Source of the DNA: Marsupella aquatica
Taxonomy: Eukaryota; Plantae; Marchantiophyta
DNA: 64,000 bases
NCBI GenBank assembly: GCA_973895155.1
Contig: OZ316897.1
Coordinates: forward strand, 11,493,832 to 11,557,831
Direction of reading: 5' to 3'
Part shown: positions 10,661 to 22,193 of the stretch, in pieces
How the letters are laid out: every line of letters starts with the position of its first letter
Position numbering within the stretch: the stretch's first letter is position 1
Notes under the pieces: generated by a model
What the model saw: only the letters and a program-made list of their open reading frames with translations
The model's database searches: none
What the model was told of the DNA's origin: nothing
Translations under genes and position numbers: made by a program

Positions 10661-11559
10661 TGTGGTGCACGATCGAATAGTCATGCGCTTTCTGGTGAGA
10701 ACCTTGTTGCTTCCGAATGTCATCATACGAGGCTATTATTCGCACGGAAACTGGATTCCAGTCGTGTGGTATTAACTCAAAGCAACTGTGGCGCGGTGGA
10801 TTGTACTTCGTATGGCCGTGGCCTTATTGTATAATATAGACATCTATCAATCCTGGGACTTCTCATGTCACGTCTCTGGTTTCTGCTGGTAGGCACTGTA
10901 CATTTTAATGTACGTTTTTGGCATCTTCAGAGAATAGAGGTCAACAAACGACAGTACGTTACCAATGTTGTGAACAACTGGGTGACAGGTTTTAAAAAAA
11001 AAACCATCACAGATTCTGGTATGTTGCTCACGACCAGGTAGCTACAAACGCGGATGACATGTTAATTCTGTGAAATGTAAAGGACTCATTTGGTTGAATG
11101 TACTGACGGCATGCTCTCAAAACAAGTTGGGCGTGAAAAGACAAGTCACCCGTCTGCGTATCTACCATGAGAACGCGAGTGAGTCAGTGCAACACGCTGG
11201 CAGTGATTACGTTGAGATAATCGTTTGCTTTATCCGAAAGTAGCTACGGTTTGATCTCGCTAGGAAACTCACTTGGCCACACTGTCAACGAATTTGCAAT
11301 TTTGTACATTGTCGAACTCCAATATCTCCCTCTGTCCACTCAACGGTTGCAATTATTGTCGTGTGAAGGAAAGATGGAAGGTACTAAATCGATTTTCTCA
11401 AGGAGAACTGCTGATTTTAAAGTTTGGGGCCTAGATGTCAGCTAGCGTCAGGCTTTGCTCCAGGTACGTTACTTGTTGCTGATTTTTCCAAATCCTTCTA
11501 CACAGTAAATATAATTTGGTGGCCCCATTAGGGTTCGATGTCGAGGACAAGATATGGGC

Positions 11560-14178
11560 GGCACCGGACAGTACTTTGTTGCTGGAGGTCGTCATCAGCT
11601 GGACCAATGATCAACAAACCGACTGACGGTCAATGGCTGCGAGTCTCAACGCACCTGTTTCATTTAAGGGTGCACTCACCTGTCCGCCACCCTGCCCTGC
11701 TCATCTCTCCTCCTATGCTGCTGCTGCCTCCACCAAACTTCAAATTTCAAACTGTAGACTTGTCCAGTAGCTGGAGAGATTCCAGAAACACTAGGCAATT
11801 TCTCTGCATGAGGGTATCTGGATTTACGTACAATTTGTTGTTACGTAGGCATTCCTTCTCAATTCGGCTCTCCTTCTCTCTGGGTCTGTGAAACAGCTCT
11901 GTTTCGGCTCCGTTCCACCAACTTTGGGTAACTGCTCATCACTCTTACCCAGTTATGTTTGAACTTTAATCTTAGACTGGGAGGGGAGTTCCCATTGAAG
12001 TTGGGAGAGTTTGATTCATTGGGGTGTTGCTTCCACGGGAGTTTCCCCATGTGGACATTGAATCATACTTCACTGCTTGAACTCAGCCTAGGAGACAATC
12101 GAATCGCAGGTCGACTACCTCAGGCCTGGCGACAATTATCAAATCTTACCTTTCTGGAATTTCGAGACGATGGATCTGAGATTTGAGGTGACAATGTTCA
12201 CTACTAATGTGGAATATTTTTACATCCGGAATAGTTGCCTCGTCGGAGAGATTCCAAGATCCATTTCACCTTCCTGAAGAGTCTTCGATTGTTCGAAAAC
12301 CCGTTGAAAAGTCGTATCCTAGATGAAATATTTCACTGAGAAACCTGGTAATGCTATTACTTTCGAGTAATGCATTCAGTGGCTTACTTACCCCGTCGTC
12401 ATCTAATTGTCCACACTCCTACAGTTCCTCTGGTTGGGAGAGAACCCAGGATTTGATACACAAAGTTCCAATCCTGGATAGGAACAGTTCCCAAATTTGC
12501 TGGATTTTTATTTTGTTAAGATGAATTTTCCAGGTCCAGAGACATAGGTCACATATCCCAACTACGTCAGTTTTAATGTTCTCTAACAATTTGTCCGGGG
12601 TCATTCCAGTTTCTCTGGGAGATAGCACTGCTATTTACAACATTTGCTGTAGACCAGAACCAGCTAATCGATCAGGTTCCCCCTGAGTTAGGATACCTAT
12701 TACAAGTGATACTTCTCTACATTGACTGTAACTCTTTCTCCACTGGCCCTTCCCCTCCTTTCATCTAAAATCCTTCGTCAACTTTGGATACCATAATAGT
12801 CAACAACTAACAATTCAATGGGAAGTTAGATGGAGATTTCGGAAGCTTCCAGGAACTAAGCATTTTTCTTGCTACTGATCCAGAAGCCCTCAGCAATTGT
12901 TCCTACTTGACTGCTTTGGAGTTGCGAGGAAGTACCCTGAGTGGAGAAATTTCCCTTGGACACGCCCATTTGACCAGTCTGTAAATTTATTTATTTTGGA
13001 AGCAATCAGTTTATGGAAGTATTCTTGTTGGACTCCTGAGGAACTTTCAGGTAATTCAATCCCTTGATTTCGGTAACAATCATGTGCGTGGTAGCACAGT
13101 GAAGATTGGCCAGCTTGCGAATTTGCAGCACTTAGACATGTATGCAAATAAATGCACGGGGTCACTTCCCGATTCTTGGGGCAATTGTACACACCTCCTA
13201 TCAGTGGATTTGTCACACTAGACTGACCAAAAGTATTACAGGGGAGGATTTGTAACAATGTCTCATCTGATCACGTTGAATCTACCCAGCAATCGGTTTT
13301 CAGGTTCACGGCCATCACAATGCAGTGAACAAGCTTGGATCTCTCTTTCTAAGAACAAGCTTGGATCTCTCTTTCTATCAGTTGTGAGGAGCATTTCCTC
13401 AGGATCTGGGATTGCTGAAGCATCTTACAACCTTCAACGTTTCTTAAAACAACTTCAGTGGGCCAATGCCTAACTCGGGTGCTTTCGAGGCCAATATGAC
13501 GACGGCTTCATTTGGGAATTCCTGACCTATGTGTAGGCATTCTTGGGCCTCCACGACTCTATCCGGTTCAAATCGTTTCAGACTCACTAATTATGGGGAG
13601 ATCACATTGCAACGGTTTCAAATGTCCTGTTGTGTATATATCTGTAGTTTCTGCTCTGGGGTTTGTTTAATTGTCGTGGGAGTCCTGTATATCTCCGCTC
13701 ATTATCATGATAAGAAAGATAATGGGAGCCGTGGAATTGAACCCTTACTATTGATCCTTCCATGAGGTTCTTTACCAAATTGACATACTTGCTGCCATAG
13801 GAGCTGGGGAGGACTCTGCAATTAGAAAGGGCCAAAATGGCATTGTGTATAAGGCTAATTTAGCCGGCGGAGAGATTATAGCCTTCAAGGTTTGTAAGGA
13901 GCAAGCACCATCCAATTGAGTAAAAGAATCATAATCAGTCCAGGGTGAGGCACATAGTCTGGCTCAGCTACGCCACCACATATCAATAAGATCGTTGAGC
14001 TGTACTCTGCTGAGGGTATAAGGCCATCTTGCTGGATTTATTCATCTCCAAGGGGTGTTTACATGCGAGCCCCATATGAGTTAACTTGGGCAGAAAGATT
14101 GTGGGGCACTGCAATCGGGACAATGGGAAGTGTTTGCCTCAATCATTTCTGGCACGTTTGGTTACATGATGCCCCCAG
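11560..14178 (+). pseudogene. Decayed LRR receptor-like kinase
   Basis: Plant extracellular LRR pieces appear in shifting frames with stops: AGEIPETLGNFSA*, FGSVPPTLGNCSSL, LSLGDNRIAGRLPQAW, SNNLSGVIPVSLGD, ANKCTGSLPDSWGNCTHL, LNLPSNRFSG, FNVS*NNFSGPMP. Then a TM-like segment (ICSFCSGVCLIVVGVLYI), kinase subdomains I-II (IRKGQNGIVYKANLAGGEIIAFK, 13821-13889) and SGTFGYMMPP followed by the typical RLK intron donor (gtgag at 14179). HRD/DFG segments not found. Confidence 0.85.
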
Positions 14179-14251
14179 GTGAGAGTGTTCTACTAAGTAA
14201 CTTAATTCAAAGCGAGACTAGAAACTGAGTCGAGATAGTAGGATTTCGATG

Positions 14252-16082
14252 TCAGTACTTAACGATTTTGTCATCTGTTATTCTTGTTGTTGACTTCAAT
14301 GTTTTCTTCGGCTCCTTAGCAGCGATGACACCTGCCTTCGCTTGTAAAACTGCAAGAGGTGGTGGGATTAGGAGGCATTGTCTCCCATAGTTTTTAATCT
14401 GCCATGACTCAGTCTTGCTGGATGGACCACCAGTGTACATCATAGTTAATGACTTCAGAACATCTGGTGCAAATCCACAATGATGAAAGAAAGGCCTGCA
14501 TGAAACGTGTTCAGGTCAAGGACAACTCCTCAAGAAACCGCCAATCCAATACTTGCAGATCAACGAAGACAACGACCCTAAACTTATCCAGAACACTTGA
14601 CTTGATGGGATTTCGCCTTTAAGCGAAGAGACAAAGGTTTGCGCAAGAGATGGCCATAGCTAAAATTCATATAAAAGTGAAGGCATTCATGCAAACAACA
14701 CACCCCCGAAACAACCTAAACATATTTTGCACAGGCGCAGCCTTCCAGTTGTTAAGTCGTGTCAATAAGATGTCGAACAAGATATTACCTCAGCTCTGGC
14801 GAGGGGGTCGCTGCAATGTCCGAAATCCCGCGCCGTCTCAGTTCCCTGCAGAGAGCCCGTTGACGGGTCACAAACTTGTAAGGGATGGGGAAGGAAGGGG
14901 GTAGATGGTCATATATTCTACTGTAGATAGTCCACGGATGCTCGAGTTCCAAATTCATTGCTGAAAAAACAATGAATTTCAAACTGTATCAAAAGATAGA
15001 AAGACAATTGCAGATAGATACATTTGTCACACTCTTCGTTCCTCGTGTACAGCCACTGCTCTAAAGCAATTTATTTTTAAGTGAAAATGAAGGAGGCCAC
15101 CGCCCTCCCTAATATTACAAAGCCTAACCTCCATTTACCTGACGATTTTTAGTAGGACTCGACTCCCATACCCCGATCTTTGATAAGATGGTGCAACCTG
15201 GGGCATTTGCGTTCGGTGAAAACAGTTGATGAAAAGTGTCTACTCCATGTGGATAGGATGCAAGTAGCAGCAGCATAATCGAGTCCATCAAGTAACTGCA
15301 TGATACTGAATGAGAGCAACAACGCTACTTAAGACAATGCTCATTCTCAGCCCGAGACTGCAGGGTCAAATAGAGTAATTACACCTGACAGGAATATCCG
15401 CATGACGGGGACACAATTGGCAGCAAGGTCGCCACGAAACCACGGTATCATTGCATCGATACTATAAATATCAAGCATTGCCCCTGAATAGAAACTCGAA
15501 GAGAGACTCAATGCTCACCACTAAGTCATAGATGGATGCGGTTAGTGTGTAATCTGAAGTGGCTCTGCCAAAGGCAATCAAAGTCCTCTGCGTTGGCAAC
15601 TGAGGCATCCAGTAGTCTAGCCAACCTCGACCGTCGAGCTTCTCCGATACTCTGCCAATCGATTCCACAGCGAGCTCGCGAGTCTTGACATAGAGGGCCA
15701 CGACAACAGTGCTGTGGCGCAAAGCACGCCGCAGCTTCCCAGGATCCACGGGAACAACTGAGCCATCATCCAGGACCGTCGGGAATTGTTCGCAATTCTG
15801 CCTGGTTGCAGCCAGCAATGCACTGAGTTCCACCACGTCCACAGAATCTGCGTTCGTGCATAACGATATTGACTCGCTCTTTCGTTGCATACTACCTCGT
15901 TGCACACTACCATTGCACTGCGACGGCGAAACCAGCTTGCGCCCTGAGAAGGAAGGAACACTGGAAAGGGGAAAAACCACCCTTGATGACAGCAAGCGAG
16001 AACAAATGGTCCCGTTTCTACTGCAGTAAGAAGCATTGGAGAAGGAAATCGGGGATGACAGCGCCACGATAGCTACGGCCAT
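14252..16082 (-). CDS. Plastid-type GCN5-related N-acetyltransferase (NSI/SNAT/GNAT3-like), 4 coding exons
   Basis: Exons 16082-15519, 15197-15139, 14845-14789 and 14495-14252, all GT-AG and phase-consistent. S/R-rich transit-peptide-like N-terminus, LIAFGRATSDYTLTASIYDLVVAPSYQRSGYG (acetyl-CoA motif A) and RPFFHHCGF. Confidence 0.88.
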
Positions 16083-16812
16083 TATTCCTTATGACCTTCA
16101 ATCCTCTGTTGTTGAGAAGCCTGCCTATCCCGTGTTTCTGACGACCACCTCCAGACCACGACAACCGGGAGTCCCGATTGCCGCAGAGACATTCAAGTGA
16201 ACTGCGGGAGCCATCAGTGCAGAAATCTTAGTACTTCAACTATCACTGAATATTCAAAGAAAGCTCGAAAAGCCCTTTACACAGACAGAGTATTTGTAAA
16301 GCTCAGAATTCTGTGCTGAATTCGACAAAATGCTTCAAGCTAATGTAACAGCCAACGGAACCGAGACAAAGTGTGAGCACATCTAGCTAACATGTCTTGA
16401 GAAAAACGCTTCGACCTGGCTGCCAAAACATTCAATGAGACAGAGTGCTAACTCATGAAGCTCAGATTGCTTTGCGGAGATTCAACAAAATGCTTCACCC
16501 TACAATCGCACTGCACAAAATCGACGAATCAAACGAGCACTCCAAAAGGAATTGAGAGAATGAGAGAGCCCACAATGAGAGGTGACGCTCCCGCACCAAC
16601 ACTGCATCGAGAGAAGCAGCTGGTTTAGTTTATTGGGCCAGGGTATGGGTCTGGAATAAAAAAGTCTTCCGTTTCGTTGGAAGTGGAAGGTCTGACGTTT
16701 CAATGTGTATCGTTTCTTTTTCCACGAGAGAAGCAGGAGAATAAAAGATGCCTCCTGGAGTCGGGTCTGGGCAGGGTCATGACTCATGAGTATCAGAGAA
16801 ATGAAACCCTAA

Positions 16813-17552
16813 GGAACGGACCAGTCAAGAGGGGAAGTACAGTACCTTAATGTAATTCGTGACTTTTAATTTTTTTTTCCTTAGACACCGCAAGGGGACC
16901 CTGCCCACATATCTGTAAATCGGTAAGGAACGGATCTGTCAGAGGGGAACTACAGTACCTTAATGCAATTCGTGACTGTTTATTTTTTTCCTTAGGCACG
17001 CAAAAGGACCCTGCCCACATATCTGTAAATCGACCAGTCAGACGGGAGCTACAGTACCTTAATGCAATTCGTGACTTTTTTCTTTTTTCTTGTAGACACC
17101 GCTGCCCACATATCTGTAAATCGGTAGGGAACGGACCAGTCAGAGGGGAACTACAGTAACTTAATGCCCTTCGTAGAACTACAGTACCTTAATGCAATTC
17201 TTGACTTTCACTTTTTTTCCTTAGACACCCGCAATGAGACCCTGCCCACATATCTGTAAATCGGTAGGGAACGGACCAGTCAGATGGGAACTACAGTACC
17301 TTAATGCCCTTCGTAGAACTACAGTATGCAATTCGTGACTTTTCATTTTTTCCTTAGACACCACAAGGGGACCCTGACCACATATCTGTAAATCGGTAGG
17401 GAACGGACCAGTCAGAGGGGAACTATTGTACAGTACCTTAGTGCCCTTCGTAGATCTACAGTACCTTCATGACAATTCCTGACTTTTATTTCATTTTCCC
17501 TTAGACACCGCAAGGGGACCCTGCCCACGTATCTGTAAATCGGTAGGGAACC
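16813..17552. repeat. Minisatellite, ~6 units of ~95-145 bp, upstream of the GNAT gene
   Basis: Repeated 'ggaacggaccagtcagaggggaactacagtaccttaatgcaattcgtgact(T-run)ccttagacaccgcaaggggaccctgcccacatatctgtaaatcggtag'. Later units carry an internal ~28-nt duplication. Confidence 0.97.
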
Positions 17553-18101
17553 AAAGTTACTGGTGTGTAAGGCCTTGTATACCACACGAAGATATTTCCA
17601 AAAAGAACAGATGAATGTAGTGCAAGAGCCACACATCCATCCATTCATCCACGTTCAACGCTTGAGAACCACTCGTCTCTCCTCCCCTCTCTCAGCTCTT
17701 TCGTTCGAGATCACCATGCCCCCTCAATTTAGACCTGGCAGCTTTGTATGCAGCGTTTTTTTTTCTAGTGGCCAGAATTTGCTAGATTCCATCTCACTGA
17801 AAAGTCTTGGTCACTTTTGGTGCAATGTGGCTAGGTTTTCTTTCTTTCTTTAGGCAGTTTCCCACCAGACCCTGTTAGCCAGAATCTGTGAGGCTTATCC
17901 TTAAAATCGGGAGACGTAATGGTCAGAGACTTATATTGTCCTCTGGCCAAAAAGGAAAACCTGAAAATTATGTTGTTGGTACAGGTACATTCTGTTTTTG
18001 GCTCTTGGTTGGAGTGTGCCTTGGTACTTGGGGTCTGTTTTCTCATTGCTTTGTTTCAATTTCCTTTGGGCGGAGTGTCTGTTTTTCAGACAAAAAGAGT
18101 G

Positions 18102-18890
18102 TAGCAGTTGGACCCTAAATAGGTACCACTACAATTTTGTCTTATTGAAGCTGCTATATGGTGAATTTTTGAAGCTGCTATATGGTGAATCCAACTCTCA
18201 TGTTTTGTCTTATTCATATTTGTGTATCATGAATTTTTATTTGAATGTACCTTAACAAGGGGCATCCTTTGTATCACATAGACTTTTAATTCATTTTTGG
18301 ACCACTTTAAATTTTTGGTATTCTATAGTGTTTTGAATTTATTTTGGCAGCCCCCTTAATTTGTATAATTTGTAAACTTTGTTAAGTCCTAGAGAGAAAA
18401 CTAAGGGTTTCATTTTCTACCGCTTTTAAGTATACTCATGAGTGAGAGGAATGATTCTAAGAAATGTCAGCACATCCTGTCTTAAGCTCCCCTTGTGTCT
18501 TTCTTTCCTAAGTTTATGGTTTTTATTGAATAAGAGTCATTAATAAGACACAATGAAATAAGTGCACAACTCATAGTATCTTTGTGTAATAGAATTGTAC
18601 TTTCCATTCACTATGTGCTTTTATTGCATATGCTTTATTGATATTATTTGATTTCATTGTGCACAACTCGTAGCAACTTTGTGTAATGAAATTGTACTTT
18701 CCATTGGTCACTATGTGCTTTTATTGTATGTACTTTATTTATATTATTTGATTTCATTCACATTTAATATGTATTCTAGTCTTACTCTTTAATTTTGTCC
18801 ACTTAATATCACTACAAGACAAAAAGTAAAGCATGTTCCAGGATGAGCATGCTATATAGCAGTTGGACCCTAAATAGGTACCACTACAAT
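18102..18890. repeat. AT-rich 721-bp segment bounded by a perfect 34-bp direct repeat
   Basis: 'tagcagttggaccctaaataggtaccactacaat' at 18102-18135 and 18857-18890. Internal tandem duplications at ~18147-18190 and ~18562-18758. Confidence 0.9.
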
Positions 18891-21800
18891 ACGTTCCATA
18901 CCCAGCCCATGCTTCCACTCCCCCGAAAGCGTTTCCTAAGCTTTGACTGATTGTGAAAAAGGATTCTGAGTTTGTTGGGGATCATTTATGAATGCAAGCT
19001 AGGAAACTCTTTCTGGGCATTTTCCTATCGTATCCCCCAAAGGGATGGGAATTATTAACCTGTCCCCAAATTAAATTAAATTAAATTAAATTATCAGGTT
19101 GCCTCCCATTTGGTCTATGCGTTGACTTAACTTGCCTATTCTAACACAAGATGTCACCATTGGTTTGCAGACACATACAGTAGATGCTTACAAGCCGCCA
19201 TGCTAATCCTCTCCAACTGTACCTTCACCTTGGACCAGGATTTCCCAGTCAAAAGTCACTGGAACATGGGTGTTAACTACTGTATACCAGCTATTGTAAA
19301 ACTCTCTAGTTTGGTTCCCCTTATTCCCCCACTTTTATGGTCAGAGGGGTTAGATTGGAACCATTGATCAACCATCACAATTTAATGTGGTCTGGTTAAG
19401 CTGTCCTTTATGTGGGATGGTTTAACCAGACTAGATTAACCCTTTTGAATTTCTAAATGAACGGCTCTACCCTGGTTGGGGCTCATTTCTGAACTCCAGC
19501 CACAGTCCCAAAGGAAAGTCTATTTTTAATTTTTATTTAAAGGCAAAGCTGGGCCAAATGATTGTATCCAAAGAGTGGTGCGGTGAATGCCAGCAGTGCA
19601 AAGAGAAAAGAAAACCAAAGGGTATTATGGGCCATAGTAGTGGGATTAGTAGTCACTGAAAACTTAAAGACCAACCCATATTCATGCAACTTTTCTCCAA
19701 TATCAAGCAGACGATAATCCTGAGGCATCTTTTGACCTGCCCCACTACAAAACCCAGATACAAGGTACTTCAGTATGCCTCTGTTTCTAGGGATTGTTGG
19801 CTATAATGTTCTGCAAAATGAAACAATTAACCCAAGTTTTAAGTGACTATCAATGAACTTAATGCCCTCACAGATTTCTCTCTTCGAAATTTTCAGTGTA
19901 TTTATGGAGAAGAATGCATCACAGTGAAGATTTGGGTAATCTCATTCTGGAACTTCTCATCTACTTGTACTGAACATTGGGAAATAAGAAAACTCTTTGA
20001 CCTTTACGAGGGTAGGCTCATTCTGGAACTGTTAATCTACATAGGAAAATTAAAAAAACACTTTGATGTTTTGTTTACCACAGAGCAAAACCCAAGCTCA
20101 AGCCCTCAGTTTTAAGGGCATATTCCGCGATGGCCTATAAACAGCAACTTCCTATATACATGATGCACTGGTAGCAAGGACTTAATACACTTGAATACCT
20201 GGAAATAACCTAAATTGAGATTTAATTTAATTTTATCGAGAGACAAATAAAGGAAAGTTAAGCCCGGATGGACCAAGGGGTTTGATTAACCCATCCCCAT
20301 GGACTTTGACACACACTGCTTCACTTTTTACACCCAAAATACACATTGTCAGGCTATCTTAAGAAGGACGCTTCATTTTTTAGGACACCCAAAGTAGTGT
20401 TTCCAAGGCGTCCACCAACTGTGAAATTCTAGTTTTCAGCAACTTGTGCATTTATTTAAACAACTTTTGGATCTCTGGTGCAACTCAAAATTTTCCAGCA
20501 TGTTCTCTGATGTCCAATCGATTACTTGACAAAGTTTCGATTTTCTTTGAAACCATTTGGTCCATTGCCGATGAGTGCAAAGATGGTCAAATATTACAAA
20601 CTAACTGCCAAAGCCAATGGATGCTCACTTTTGTGACAAATGCCCTCAGTTTTTAGGCACGAGCACCAACTTACCCATTTGGGAAAGGAAGCCGCGCTTT
20701 TGTGAATGACACCCTAAGTAGTGTGGGTGAGTAGTAACTTACAAGTCACATATAAGTTAAAACTGTAAAAACTGCTATCCAAGTATATTTTGATGTTCTG
20801 AGTCAATCCTTCCAGACTTTGAAAATACATGGGGGCTTCACAGCAAAGAAACCTCTAATTCCATCCAGGCTTTACTTTCAACTGTCAAAATGCCCTTCAA
20901 TCTATATGTAGTTGTAGGCATTATCTTACATTAGAGTACAGTAAAACTGAGGGATTTGTTTAGTGGGACCCCAGAATTACTTGTGTTACTACTGTAGATA
21001 GGAGCCCTGAAGTGTTGGGTTAGCTTATTCAAGGTCAATCAAAGGTGATCACTCAGAGGACTATTAAGTAACACCTTCTTTTGTTTTGTTTTTGTCCCAT
21101 CAAACAAATCATTGCAGAAAAAAACTGCGGAATACAACGAAACAAATCTTGACGGAACTCAACATCTTTTTTTTAGCTTTTTTCCTCAGTTTCCGCTTTT
21201 CTCCAGCGTTCTCGGAATTCGAGATCTTTTCTTAGCTTTTTTCCTGAGTTTACGGTTCTTCAGCGTTCTTGTTCTTACACTGCTTCGGTTGACACGGCGT
21301 CCAATTTCGTGGAACGGGAGGAGAGGAGAGAACATCGATAAACCTGCGGAAGCGACATCGCTCGTTCAATTTCGTGGAACAAGCAGGAGAACTGAAATGC
21401 TCGGCCTCAATTCGCCTCCATCCATCGGGCCCGGTTGTACCGCAATGACGTTCAAAACAAAAAATGGCGAATGAACCTGTGGAATGAATCGAAACAGCCT
21501 CGGAGAAAGCACGATCCCCGAACTTGCTGTCGCAGAAGTTGTCCACTAGGTAATTGATCGTCCGAGTCTGATTCGAGTGGACTTTGTTTGCTGTGGGGCC
21601 AGACCTGGACGGTACATTGGTGGGAAGCGATTTGACCAGGAAATATCTTTGGCTATAAGTTGGTTGTGAAGCGAAGTAAACGCAACCATCGGTTGTGAGG
21701 GAGAGAGGACGTTTCTTGAAAATCGTACTGTGTGAAGGTCTTTTGATCGTCGTTGAGGCTTGGTGTTTCATCCGTTCGTGTGGAATTGAATTTGAGGCGC

Positions 21801-22193
21801 GACATTGTATTTGATTGAGGTCTTTCTGACTCTTCGAATCGCACAGCGGTCTGGCTGTTCTGAACATCTTCGTCTTTTGTTTCCGCGGTGCGTGTTTCTT
21901 GTTCTCGGACGTTTCTTGCTTTCGGCTTTGCATCCCGAAGTGAAATTTAGTTTAAGCTGTAGTACGATTAGTGAGTCACCCGTCTTTTTGTTCGTAGGTT
22001 GTCTTTTCTTCGCCTCCTTGTACATTGGTGGAGTCCAGTGGGAAGAATGGATAAGTGATTGTGTTCTTCATTCATGTACTCGTCCTGTTCCTCCGTGTCT
22101 CAGTCTTGGATTGAACCAGTGGTGCTGCGCTGGTTCTCTTGGGAGTTTTGAGTTAGTCAAAGGCAAACATCGGAATACGTCTGGGGAGGCATT

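Noticed and set aside
21250-21933. 227-aa minus-strand ORF
   Set aside because: Antisense to the pyrimidine-rich leader region of the DUF1295 gene; K/R/T-biased composition with no recognisable domain.
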